Shown here in pieces: positions 1 through 8,605 of a DNA stretch of 40,576 nucleotides. The notes beneath the pieces are model-generated. The model did not search any database. It saw only the letters and a program-made list of their open reading frames with translations, and was not told the origin of the DNA. Position 1 is the first letter of the stretch. Every line of letters starts with the position of its first letter. This stretch comes from Spirochaetota bacterium (lineage in GTDB: Bacteria > Spirochaetota > UBA4802 > JAFGDQ01), in the NCBI GenBank assembly GCA_043803405.1, contig JAZDKB010000002.1, positions 1 to 40,576 of the forward strand. The letters are read 5' to 3'. The position numbers and the translations under genes are program-made.

Positions 1-11
1 GGGGGTATGGA

Positions 12-35
12 TAGGATGCTCTGCTTTCATCCTAC
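12..35 (-). repeat. Short GTAG-type REP-like hairpin
   Basis: TAGGATG (12-18) pairs with CATCCTA (28-34); minus strand reads GTAGGATG-N9-CATCCTA. Confidence 0.4.
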
Positions 36-43
36 GCAGACTA

Positions 44-532
44 CAATTCCCCCGGCGAACAGGCAGGACCTAAGTCACCGTGTTGAGTTAAAGGACTGTG
101 GTAACCCCGATTGTCTCCACGCAGGTGGAAAGCTGGCAGTAATGTCAACCCATGGGCAAGCGGTGGAAGTGATGTCGGAAAAAGCGAATGTCATCCTGTA
201 ATGGGGTGAATACGGGTTCAAGATTTGCCCGACTCGAAAGAGTGCAGACGTCCAGCGGGTGTTCCATTGTGAGAAAACTTTCAGAACTACATCAAAGAAG
301 GAAAGCAAATAAACCGCTTAGGTGTGCACCTTCTAACCGAAAGGTTTTGTAGCCGTGAGGTAGTATTGCGAAGCTGTTGAGATAGTTTACTTGACAGCGG
401 GCAGTTCTTAACAAGTCTGCCTTTTGGAATGCTTGAGCCGTATGATGGGCGACCGAAGGAAGTGCCTGTGGTAAAACTATCTTGTACAGTTCTTAGGGGG
501 GAAAGGAGCGGCAACGTCCCTGACCTACCCGG
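44..532 (+). mobile_element. Group II intron remnant (IIB, chloroplast-like type), 5'-truncated and with RT ORF deleted
   Basis: Domain I-III-like text (CCCCCGGCGAACAGGCAGGACC, GGAAAAAGCGAATGTCATCCTGTAATGGG, CTCGAAAGAGTGCAGAC); domain V GAGCCGTATGATGGG...AAACTATCTTGTACAGTTC (435-492); domain VI-like TAGGGGGGAAAGGAGCGGCAACGTCCCTGACCTACCCGG; no GTGYG 5' end and no RT ORF. Confidence 0.85.
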
Positions 533-553
533 TAATAAAAAATATTGATTGAC

Positions 554-582
554 TTGAAATAGCATGGCATCCATGGTATCTT
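554..582 (+). promoter_or_regulatory. Sigma70-type promoter of higBA with palindromic operator in the spacer
   Basis: TTGAAA (554-559)-N17-TATCTT (577-582), TG extension, CATGG-cat-CCATG palindrome at 563-575. Confidence 0.55.
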
Positions 583-586
583 ACAT

Positions 587-880
587 ATGATGCAGTCCTT
601 TAAAAATATTGCCACGGAAGATATATTTAATGGCAAAATAACGAAAGTTGCATTAAAAATATGCCCAAAAAGTCTTTGGCATATTGCAACTCGTAAATTG
701 GATCAGCTGGATTCAATAATAACGATTAAAGAGTTACGTATATCTCCAGGAAACAAATTAGAAAGCTTATCTGGAAACCGGAAAGGACAGTATAGTATTC
801 GAATTAATGATCAGTATCGCATTTGTTTCAAGTGGTCAGAAAAAGGACCTATGGATGTTGAGATTACTGATTATCATTAA
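587..880 (+). CDS. higB: HigB-family (RelE/ParE superfamily) toxin; start may be ATG 590
   Basis: SFKN..TEDIFNG, ATRKLDQL, PGNKLESLSGNRKGQYSIRINDQYRICFKW, DVEITDYH; toxin-first gene order. Confidence 0.92.
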   Translation: MMQSFKNIATEDIFNGKITKVALKICPKSLWHIATRKLDQLDSIITIKELRISPGNKLESLSGNRKGQYSIRINDQYRICFKWSEKGPMDVEITDYH

Positions 881-901
881 AGTATTTTTTGGAGAATAAT
901 T

Positions 902-1246
902 ATGATAAGAGTCCCATCACACCGAGAACCTACACATCCGGGAGAAATGCTATTAGAAGAATTTTTAAAGCCTATGAATATTTCTCAAAAAGAATTATCT
1001 GATGCAATAAATGTTTCATATCAAAGAATAAATGAAATTATCAATAGACGTAGAGGAATAAGTCCAAGTACAGCTCTTAGATTATCTAAATATTTTAATA
1101 CATCTCCAGATTTTTGGATGAATTTACAACTTAGGTTAGATATTTATTATGCTCAACAATCAGATTCGAAGGAATTAAAGACAATCAAGCCTTATGCACC
1201 TATTAAGAACTCAACATTAATTCATAATTCTATAATTGAGCATTAA
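902..1246 (+). CDS. higA: HigA-family antitoxin (XRE HTH)
   Basis: PTHPGEMLLEEFLKP, RINEIINRRRGISPSTALRLSKYFNTSPDFWMNLQ; GGAG RBS. Confidence 0.93.
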   Translation: MIRVPSHREPTHPGEMLLEEFLKPMNISQKELSDAINVSYQRINEIINRRRGISPSTALRLSKYFNTSPDFWMNLQLRLDIYYAQQSDSKELKTIKPYAPIKNSTLIHNSIIEH

Positions 1247-1285
1247 TCTAATCCTATATGTTCTTAAATTAATTATAAAACTTTC

Positions 1286-1459
1286 GCCTAACATCGTGTT
1301 CCTCGCGCCGTGAAAAGCCCGAAGTATTGGGAAGAGAATGATCTCTGAAATTTATTAATGTTGCCCGCCGTGCGCGGCAGTTTGTCTGTGAAGTCGAACG
1401 CGGTTTAAGTTGCAAAGAATGTCTGTGTCGTGGGGAACACACCTGAATCGCCGTTAGAT
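1286..1459 (+). mobile_element. Degenerate attC-like integron recombination site
   Basis: GCCTAAC (RYYYAAC) at 1286, GTTAGAT (GTTRRRY) at 1453; imperfect inner inverted repeat GTGTTCCTCGCG / CGTGGGGAACAC; begins 40 nt after higA stop. Confidence 0.6.
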
Positions 1460-1649
1460 TTTATTTTCAGCTTTATTTGTTAAGTGAAGCATATCTTGTT
1501 GAGAAAGAAATATAGGATAGGCTCCGTGCCAGCTTTTAAGACAAGAATGAATAATTTTTAAAAGAGTTAAAGCAGTACGTAAAAGTATTGTAGATACAAA
1601 GATTGAAGGAGATGTAATCATTAAAATACTATTATTATTCAGACATCCA

Positions 1650-1964
1650 TTGGTTCTAGGTCTGTTATTGGGACCATTATTCCTTTTCATGTTTATGTAC
1701 CCGAAATTTGACAATCGATTAATAGTATTATTTATGGGGATTATCTTTGCTCTTGCAGGGGGAGGTCTCATTGTAAATAGTTCAAAAAAGGAAAAGACAG
1801 ACGAAGCTGTTGAAAAAGTGTATAATGCATGGAAACCCGGATTTGTAAAATCTATGCAAAGGATGCAGATTTTGGAGAAACTTATTGGATGGGCGCTCCT
1901 TGTATTCAGCATCTTTACAATACTGTCGATGATAAATTTTTTTATGAAAGGGAAGATGTTTTAG
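1650..1964 (+). CDS. Hypothetical membrane protein (about 3 TM), probable gene cassette; may extend to ATG 1547 across a frameshift
   Basis: Hydrophobic segments; lies between two attC-like sites; frame open upstream to 1551. Confidence 0.5.
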   Translation: MVLGLLLGPLFLFMFMYPKFDNRLIVLFMGIIFALAGGGLIVNSSKKEKTDEAVEKVYNAWKPGFVKSMQRMQILEKLIGWALLVFSIFTILSMINFFMKGKMF

Positions 1965-2042
1965 AGATGACAGTATAAAAATATTAAAAGTCTATTTAGT
2001 CATATTAATGACTATGTTTTTTTATTAAAACTTAAAAACAAA

Positions 2043-2173
2043 ACCTAATATTCGTTACAGTCGGATACTTCTAGCGTTGGTCTTGCTGAAGGACGTTGTG
2101 CGAAGTTCAAAGCATGTGAGCTTTTGCAATCCGGTACAAGTACCCGAAGTACCGCTGAACATGTTCGTTAAGG
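2043..2173 (+). mobile_element. Second degenerate attC-like site
   Basis: ACCTAAT ... GTTAAGG ends; GTTaCAGtCGGaTACTTC (2054-2071) pairs with GAAGTACCGCTGAAC (2146-2160) leaving extrahelical bases. Confidence 0.6.
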
Positions 2174-2403
2174 GGGCAAAAAACAAAGCGAACAATGCTG
2201 CGTTACACAAATCAAATTGAAGTAACTGGTACAAGCGAGTTCTCGAGAAGTTTGTGCTTCAAGGAAAAATAATATTAAAGATAAACGAAATGTCTTTCAT
2301 AAAAGGTTTTAAATTCAGTTAAGAAAGATAAAACACGCATAGTTTCAAAAGAAGAAGGAAGGCAGAGAGCCAGATTTCCTGTAAAATAACTGAGGAGTTG
2401 CAC

Positions 2404-5400
2404 ATGAAGCCGGACATGAAAACAACAAGTGCAGGCCGTGACTTGGCAACAGAGAGAAGCGCCTTCACCTACTCAATTGCATGGATTGCCGCGATTGTCA
2501 CAGGCACAATCGGCCTGCTCACGATTGCGGGTTGGGCGCTCGATGTCGCAGTGCTGATATCGTTCGGCCCGAATTGGCAGACTATGAGCATAATAACTGC
2601 TGTCTGCTTCGTCCTACTTGCATTGGAACTGATTCTCTTAATCAGGTATCCTTTCGGAACCAGCAAACGCTTTATTTCCAGGATCCCCGGAATATTTGTC
2701 GTATTAATCGGTCTTATCACAATAGCCCTGTACCTGACCGACATCATCACCGGAAGGCCGCCGCTTGTCGAAAACATGCCGGTACTGGCCATTTTCTGGG
2801 AAACGCAAACCAGGCTCGCACTGCTGACTGCTGTGCTTTTCGTATTGTGCGGCTCCGCGCTGACGCGGCTGTCAACCGAAGGCCGCAGTGCCGCCGGCTG
2901 CGGCCATGCATTGATGGTCCCGGTATTTTTAGCAGCTTATCTTGTAGTCATAAGCTACCTGCTCGGCGTGCAGTCGATCCATGAATTCCTGGGCGTAAGG
3001 GTTGCGGTTAACACAGGCATCGCTTTCTGTGTTGTGAGCATCTCGATGTTCTGCCTTCGTCTGGATTCCTGGCTCATGGGCATATTTTCAAGCAAACAGG
3101 CAGGGGGAATCATGGTGCGGCGGCTGCTTCCCGCAGTCCTGCTCACTCCGCTCATAGTAGGCTGGCTAAGGCTCTTCGGAGAACGCTCCGGACTTTTTCT
3201 GTCCGAAGTGGGCGTAGTCCTCGTGGCCCTGACGTATACGATACTTTTCGGACTGATGATTTGGCTGACTGCAAGGTCAGTTAATATCCTCGATAAAAAA
3301 AGGGAGGATGCCGCAGAAGCAGTATACGAGAGCGAAGAGAGATATTCTACGACGCTGGCAAGCATCGGCGATGCGGTGATTTCCACAGATACCACAGGTA
3401 AAATCACATTCATGAATGGCGTCGCGGAACAATTGACGGGTTGGATGCTGTCAGAAGCGCGGCAAGAACCCGTGCATGACATATTCAACATTATCAATGA
3501 AAAAACGCGCAGCCGCGTGGAAAATCCAATAACAAAAGTGCTAGAGCACGGAAAAATTGCCGGACTGGCGAATCACACCATCCTGATACGCAAAGACGGA
3601 ACTGAAGTCCCGATTGACGACAGCGCGGCACCCATCAAGGATCGCAGCGGCAACCTCACCGGGGTTGTCCTCATCTTCCGCGACATCACCGAGCGCAAAC
3701 AGGCCGAGGAAAAACTCGCGTTCCAGGCGCACCTGCTCGCCAATGTCCATGACGCGGTGATTGGGCTCGACGCCGATTTTGTCGTCAATTACTGGAATGA
3801 TTCTGCGGCGGCAATGTACGGCTGGACTGCAAAAGAAGCAATCGGAAAGAAATCCTTTGACTTGCTGAAAACAGAATATGTCGGCAGTACCAAGGATGAA
3901 GTAGCGTCCCGGCTTACTACCAATGGTCATACCATCTTTGAGGCCATTCATTACACAAAGGACGGTCGGCAACGTTCTGTCGAAGTGCGTTCCATAGTGA
4001 CATACGACAATCAAGGAAGGCCGGCCGAATTTATATCGAGTTGCCGCGACATTACTAAGCGCAAACAGGCCGAGGAGGCGCTGCAGGAAAGCGTGCAAAC
4101 CTATAGATTGCTGGTCAACTCCATTCCCAACACTTCAATTCATTTATTTGACGAACATTTGCGTTTCCTGATCGTCGGCGGCGTAGAAGTCGAAAAGAAC
4201 AAATTAGATAAATCTCAAATGGAAGGTAAAACGCTGCGCGAAGCGTATCCGAAAGATATTGCGGATTTATTCGAACCGATATATCAAAAAGCGCTGTCGG
4301 GCTACCCGACTTCATTTGAAATGTCTTATGGACAATATGCCTATTTCCAGCAAACGATACCCCTCAAAGATGTCAAAGGGCAGATTTTCGGGGCCTTGCA
4401 AATTTCTTCGAATATCACCGAGCGCAAACAGGCCGAGGAAGAGCTCCGGAAAGCCCGCGAAGAGCTGGAACAGCGTGTAGAGGAGCGCACGGCAGAGCTT
4501 CAAAAGCGGACGGAACAGCTTCGCTCATTAGCCCAGGAGCTGACTCAGACAGAGAACCGGGAGCGCAAACGGCTGGCAGCTATTCTTCATGATGATCTGC
4601 AGCAGATACTCGTTGGAGCAAAGCTCAGCGCTGAATCAGTCCACAGGAAGACTGATAATGACGATTTAAAGAGCTCCATACAAAAAGTGGCTGATCTTCT
4701 GGAGGAATCCATAAAGATGTCGAGATCCCTGACTTCAGAGCTTTCGCCGCCTATTATTCACGAAGGCGGACTCATCCCGGGACTAAAGTGGCTTAGCCGC
4801 TGGATGGAGGAAAAGCAGGGATTAAAAATTAATATAAACTCAGGCATAGAAATAACCCCGGACTCTGAAGGAATTTCAATGCTTCTTTTTCAGTCCATTC
4901 GGGAACTGCTATTGAATATTATCAAGCATGCCGGCGTCAGAGAAGCAGATGTATCTCTAAATATTTCAGATGAAAACATACTTCAGACTGTTATAACGGA
5001 CAACGGCAAAGGGTTTGACATATCGCAAATAGAAAATCGGGATTCCCATACTGGCTTCGGGCTGTTCAGCATAAGGGAGCGCATGGAACATCTTGGCGGA
5101 TATGTTAACATTGATAGTGCACCCGGAACAGGAACACGGGTAACGCTAACCGTTCCACTGCCTTCGGCGGACAGGCAGAAAGCATCGGGCATTACCGTGG
5201 AAACCGCTCCGGAAGCGGCCATCCCGCCTGCCGGTAATACAGTAAGTAAAAACGGGGAAGGTACAAATATCAGGGTTCTGGTGGCGGATGATCATGCGAT
5301 TGTACGGGAAGGGTTTGTAAAGCTTATCCAGAACGAAAAGGACATGGAGGTTGTCGGAGAGGCATCAAACGGAGAGGATGCAGTGAACATGGCCCGCGCC

Positions 5401-5631
5401 TTGCGCCCGGATGTAATTATTATGGATATAGGTATGCCGAAGATGAATGGCATAGAGGCTACTGAGAAAATCATTTCGGAAATACCGGGGACCCGGATAA
5501 TCGGGCTTTCAATGTACGAGAAGGCTGACCGGGAGGAGGCTATGCGAAAAGCCGGTGCTTCAGTATATCTAACAAAGGACGGGCCTTCAAAAGATCTGAT
5601 AGAAGCAATACGGGGAGAAGCAGTTAATTAG
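2404..5631 (+). CDS. Membrane multi-PAS hybrid sensor histidine kinase (HisKA_3 type) with C-terminal NarL-like receiver
   Basis: Multi-TM N-terminus, three PAS/PAC modules ending in (RD/SN)IT(E/K)RKQAEE, ERKRLAAILHDDLQQ H-box, DNGKGFD and GFGL boxes, VLVADDH...MDIGMPKMNG receiver; GAGGAG RBS before ATG 2404. Confidence 0.92.
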   Translation: MKPDMKTTSAGRDLATERSAFTYSIAWIAAIVTGTIGLLTIAGWALDVAVLISFGPNWQTMSIITAVCFVLLALELILLIRYPFGTSKRFISRIPGIFVVLIGLITIALYLTDIITGRPPLVENMPVLAIFWETQTRLALLTAVLFVLCGSALTRLSTEGRSAAGCGHALMVPVFLAAYLVVISYLLGVQSIHEFLGVRVAVNTGIAFCVVSISMFCLRLDSWLMGIFSSKQAGGIMVRRLLPAVLLTPLIVGWLRLFGERSGLFLSEVGVVLVALTYTILFGLMIWLTARSVNILDKKREDAAEAVYESEERYSTTLASIGDAVISTDTTGKITFMNGVAEQLTGWMLSEARQEPVHDIFNIINEKTRSRVENPITKVLEHGKIAGLANHTILIRKDGTEVPIDDSAAPIKDRSGNLTGVVLIFRDITERKQAEEKLAFQAHLLANVHDAVIGLDADFVVNYWNDSAAAMYGWTAKEAIGKKSFDLLKTEYVGSTKDEVASRLTTNGHTIFEAIHYTKDGRQRSVEVRSIVTYDNQGRPAEFISSCRDITKRKQAEEALQESVQTYRLLVNSIPNTSIHLFDEHLRFLIVGGVEVEKNKLDKSQMEGKTLREAYPKDIADLFEPIYQKALSGYPTSFEMSYGQYAYFQQTIPLKDVKGQIFGALQISSNITERKQAEEELRKAREELEQRVEERTAELQKRTEQLRSLAQELTQTENRERKRLAAILHDDLQQILVGAKLSAESVHRKTDNDDLKSSIQKVADLLEESIKMSRSLTSELSPPIIHEGGLIPGLKWLSRWMEEKQGLKININSGIEITPDSEGISMLLFQSIRELLLNIIKHAGVREADVSLNISDENILQTVITDNGKGFDISQIENRDSHTGFGLFSIRERMEHLGGYVNIDSAPGTGTRVTLTVPLPSADRQKASGITVETAPEAAIPPAGNTVSKNGEGTNIRVLVADDHAIVREGFVKLIQNEKDMEVVGEASNGEDAVNMARALRPDVIIMDIGMPKMNGIEATEKIISEIPGTRIIGLSMYEKADREEAMRKAGASVYLTKDGPSKDLIEAIRGEAVN

Positions 5632-5822
5632 TTGTGATTTCACTTTACAGTTTTAGGGGGTCACTCCAAACTTAACCTATCCTATCCTTACAAATATTAC
5701 CATTGTTCCCTTTGCAATCAATAATAAGGAAAAGTACTTGTGAATTTAAATGCAGGGAGACAAATAATATGCAAATATTAGTTGTCTTCATCATATAATC
5801 TTTATTACCGGTCAAAACATAC

Positions 5823-6692
5823 ATGATCGATCTGCAAAAATACATGAGCATAGCAATTGACGAAGCCAGATTCTCATTGAGAGAAGGAAACAGCGGCTTT
5901 GGGGCAGTAATCGTAAAAGATGATAAGCTTATTGCGCAGGCGCACGATACGGATTCAACAGACGGGGATCCAACTGCGCACGCAGAAATGAAAGCAATAA
6001 GGCTTGCATCTTCCAAATTCGGAAAAAGTCTATACGGCTGCACGATTATATCAACGCACGAGCCCTGCCCAATGTGTTCAACTGCAATATTCTGGTCAGG
6101 GATCGAAGAAGCAGCATTCGGATATTCAATTAAAGAATCGATAGAGCAGGGCAGAAGTCGCATCAATATTCCGCTGGAAGAAATATTCAGCCGTGCAGGT
6201 AAAAGGATCAATATTTACAAAAATATTCTTTATGATAAGTGTTCGGTATTATACAACAAGTCTGTAAGAGACGATATTAAAATGCTTAGAAATGCCGACG
6301 AGAACAGGCTGAAAGAACTTGGAAATGAAAAATGCATTAAAAGACTTGAATGGGCAAAGAAAAAAAATATTAATCCGGATGGCAAAGCTTCTTGCGGAAT
6401 AGACGATGCTTATATATTATTTCTGGATAAACTCGGCATCACACGTGATGAAGCTCCAATAGTTGAGAGAAACAAAAACAGCATAGTAATTCATTCAAAA
6501 AACTTTTGTCCCACTCTTGAAGCCTGTGGAATACTTGACATGGACACCAGGCTTGTCTGCCGGCATCTTACGGAAAAAGCGACAACGGAATTGATCCGCC
6601 GGCTGAATCCTAAATTATTATTTAAAAGAAACTATAACAAAATCCGTCCGCATACATCATATTGCGAGGAAATGATAATACTGGAAGAATAG
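5823..6692 (+). CDS. Zn-dependent nucleoside/nucleobase deaminase fused to a Cys-containing C-terminal domain
   Basis: DPTAHAE and HEPCPMC motifs; C-terminal CPTLEAC...VC...C. Confidence 0.85.
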   Translation: MIDLQKYMSIAIDEARFSLREGNSGFGAVIVKDDKLIAQAHDTDSTDGDPTAHAEMKAIRLASSKFGKSLYGCTIISTHEPCPMCSTAIFWSGIEEAAFGYSIKESIEQGRSRINIPLEEIFSRAGKRINIYKNILYDKCSVLYNKSVRDDIKMLRNADENRLKELGNEKCIKRLEWAKKKNINPDGKASCGIDDAYILFLDKLGITRDEAPIVERNKNSIVIHSKNFCPTLEACGILDMDTRLVCRHLTEKATTELIRRLNPKLLFKRNYNKIRPHTSYCEEMIILEE

Positions 6693-6775
6693 AGAGTTAG
6701 ACTGGTTCTAACGAACTTATAAAATAAATAAAAGAAATTTCTAATATAAGATCATTGCATTAAGCGGAGTACAAT

Positions 6776-7633
6776 ATGAAATTCCTTCTTGAACATGGCA
6801 TTTTATCACAGGTAAACAGCTTTTTAGAACTTACAAAAGGGACAATTGTCCGCAGGATAAGCAAAAGCAAGGATCAGCAGGGCATATTCCTGGGTGAAGA
6901 TGATTCCGGCGGCATAATACTTGTGAATGTGATCAACATGCTCGATGTTTCATTCGAAGCAGAAGCAGGGATACTGCGCCCTGCGTCCGGGGACAGACTT
7001 TATAGATACACAACAACGTTCGGGAAGAACAGCATTTCTGCAAAGGCGCGGGAGATACTTAAGTCATGGTCGCTGTACTCGAAATATTCCGAGCACCAGA
7101 AAGCCATAATGTCGTTCATGGAAACAGGATACGCGCCCGAGCAGGTCATTGACCTTGCAAAATCCGATAATTTAAAATATCTTTTTATCCCTGTGCAGCA
7201 GCGTTTTAAAATAGGCAAGTTCGAGGAAAAGATAAACTGGAGCCAGGAGCGTAAACAGCGTTTCGGCCGGCATCTTGAAGAAATGAGGAAAGGGGAACAT
7301 ATTACCTACGTCGCTTTCATCCCGCAGCAGAATTCCAAATCCCCGCTGTTCTATTCAATCGGGACAAAGCCGCACGAAAGCACCGTAATGAGCCTGCACA
7401 GCGAGCCATTCGACTTTAAGCCCGACCATGGCGGGCACATTTCGTGTGCAGATGATTCGGCAGAACGCAAAAAATTCCTGGTTGATGCCGGATCGAACTA
7501 TATCGGGAAAGGTTACAAAACGCCGCTTAGCAACGCAAAAGAGGTAACAAAGGGACTTTCATCGGAATACAAAGGATATGACTTTACGCCGTTAAAAGGC
7601 CGCGGCGCACTGAGTTGCGAACAGAGCTATTAG
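6776..7633 (+). CDS. Hypothetical protein
   Basis: 285-aa ORF with GGAG RBS; no family recognised. Confidence 0.75.
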   Translation: MKFLLEHGILSQVNSFLELTKGTIVRRISKSKDQQGIFLGEDDSGGIILVNVINMLDVSFEAEAGILRPASGDRLYRYTTTFGKNSISAKAREILKSWSLYSKYSEHQKAIMSFMETGYAPEQVIDLAKSDNLKYLFIPVQQRFKIGKFEEKINWSQERKQRFGRHLEEMRKGEHITYVAFIPQQNSKSPLFYSIGTKPHESTVMSLHSEPFDFKPDHGGHISCADDSAERKKFLVDAGSNYIGKGYKTPLSNAKEVTKGLSSEYKGYDFTPLKGRGALSCEQSY

Positions 7634-7683
7634 GCAAAATAATAAAACATAACCGCAGAGAAAAAAAGGATACAGGCAATAAA

Positions 7684-7938
7684 ATGGAAAATAATGATTT
7701 TATAAAAATTTATACAAGCCGTTCAATTATGGAAAAAGCAGTCATTGAGGAAGAATTTAATTATAATAATATTATTTTTTATTGTTCCGAAGATTCAGCA
7801 TTGTTGCTTGGTCATTCCACGTTTCATTTTTATATCAAGAAAGAAGATTCAAAAAAATGCACCAATATATTAAAAGCGTTATATATAAACGGCGAGCTGG
7901 CTGATGATTGTGAATCAAAAAAAATGTTTGGAATATAA
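7684..7938 (+). CDS. Small DUF2007-like (PII-like fold) protein
   Basis: FIKIYTSRSIMEKAVIEEEF..NNI.F...FYIKKED...C..IL pattern; in-frame ATG at 7684. Confidence 0.55.
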   Translation: MENNDFIKIYTSRSIMEKAVIEEEFNYNNIIFYCSEDSALLLGHSTFHFYIKKEDSKKCTNILKALYINGELADDCESKKMFGI

Positions 7939-7954
7939 AAATGGGGGATTTGTT

Positions 7955-8521
7955 ATGGAAAAAGTAAAGATTGATAACAATGCTTTTGTTTACCCGATGC
8001 CCATGACCATTGTCGGCACTGTTGTTGACGGCAAGGCAAATTTTATGGCAGTAGGATGGATTACGAGGGTCAATTTTAAGCCGCCTATGATCGCCATTGC
8101 CCTTGGGCCGCATTATACGAACAAGGGGATTGAAGAGCAGAAAACTTTCAGTGTCAATGTTCCTGGGATTTCGTTAATTGAGAAGACGGATTATTGCGGA
8201 TTGGTTACAGGCAGCAAAACGGATAAAGCAGCTTTATTCGATGTTTTTTACGGCGATCTGAAAACTGCTCCTTTAATAAAAGAATGCGCGGTAAGCATGG
8301 CCTGCAAATTGTATGATAAAGTCAAACTGCCTTTTAACACATTGTTTATCGGTGAAATCGTTGAAGCATTCAGCGAAGACCGGTACCTGACAGATGGAAC
8401 GCCTGATATAAAAAAGATAAATCCGTTTACTCTCACTATGCCTGATAATAATTACTGGGAAGTGGGAAAAAATGCAGGGAAGGCATGGGGCATTGGGAGC
8501 AAATTAAAGATTAAAAAGTAA
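7955..8521 (+). CDS. Flavin reductase / flavoredoxin family protein
   Basis: YPMPMTIVG, NFMAVGW, FSVNVP, DYCGLVTG, APLIKEC, LFIGEIVE motifs. Confidence 0.9.
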   Translation: MEKVKIDNNAFVYPMPMTIVGTVVDGKANFMAVGWITRVNFKPPMIAIALGPHYTNKGIEEQKTFSVNVPGISLIEKTDYCGLVTGSKTDKAALFDVFYGDLKTAPLIKECAVSMACKLYDKVKLPFNTLFIGEIVEAFSEDRYLTDGTPDIKKINPFTLTMPDNNYWEVGKNAGKAWGIGSKLKIKK

Positions 8522-8605
8522 TAGCAACGTACTAGAGTGCTTCCAAAAATCTATTGTGATATCTCGACACACTACACAGCTAGATATAGATTTTGTGGCG
8601 CACTT

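Noticed and set aside
7..574. Short ORFs 7-201, 75-308 and 287-574
   Set aside because: They overlap intron RNA structure and show no RT or other protein motifs
1454..1912. Minus-strand 152-aa ORF
   Set aside because: Likely a shadow of the plus-strand membrane ORF, which matches cassette orientation
3679..4440. Three near-identical DNA segments encoding ITERKQAEE
   Set aside because: Ordinary PAC-linker conservation in tandem PAS domains, not a DGR template/variable pair; no RT in the window
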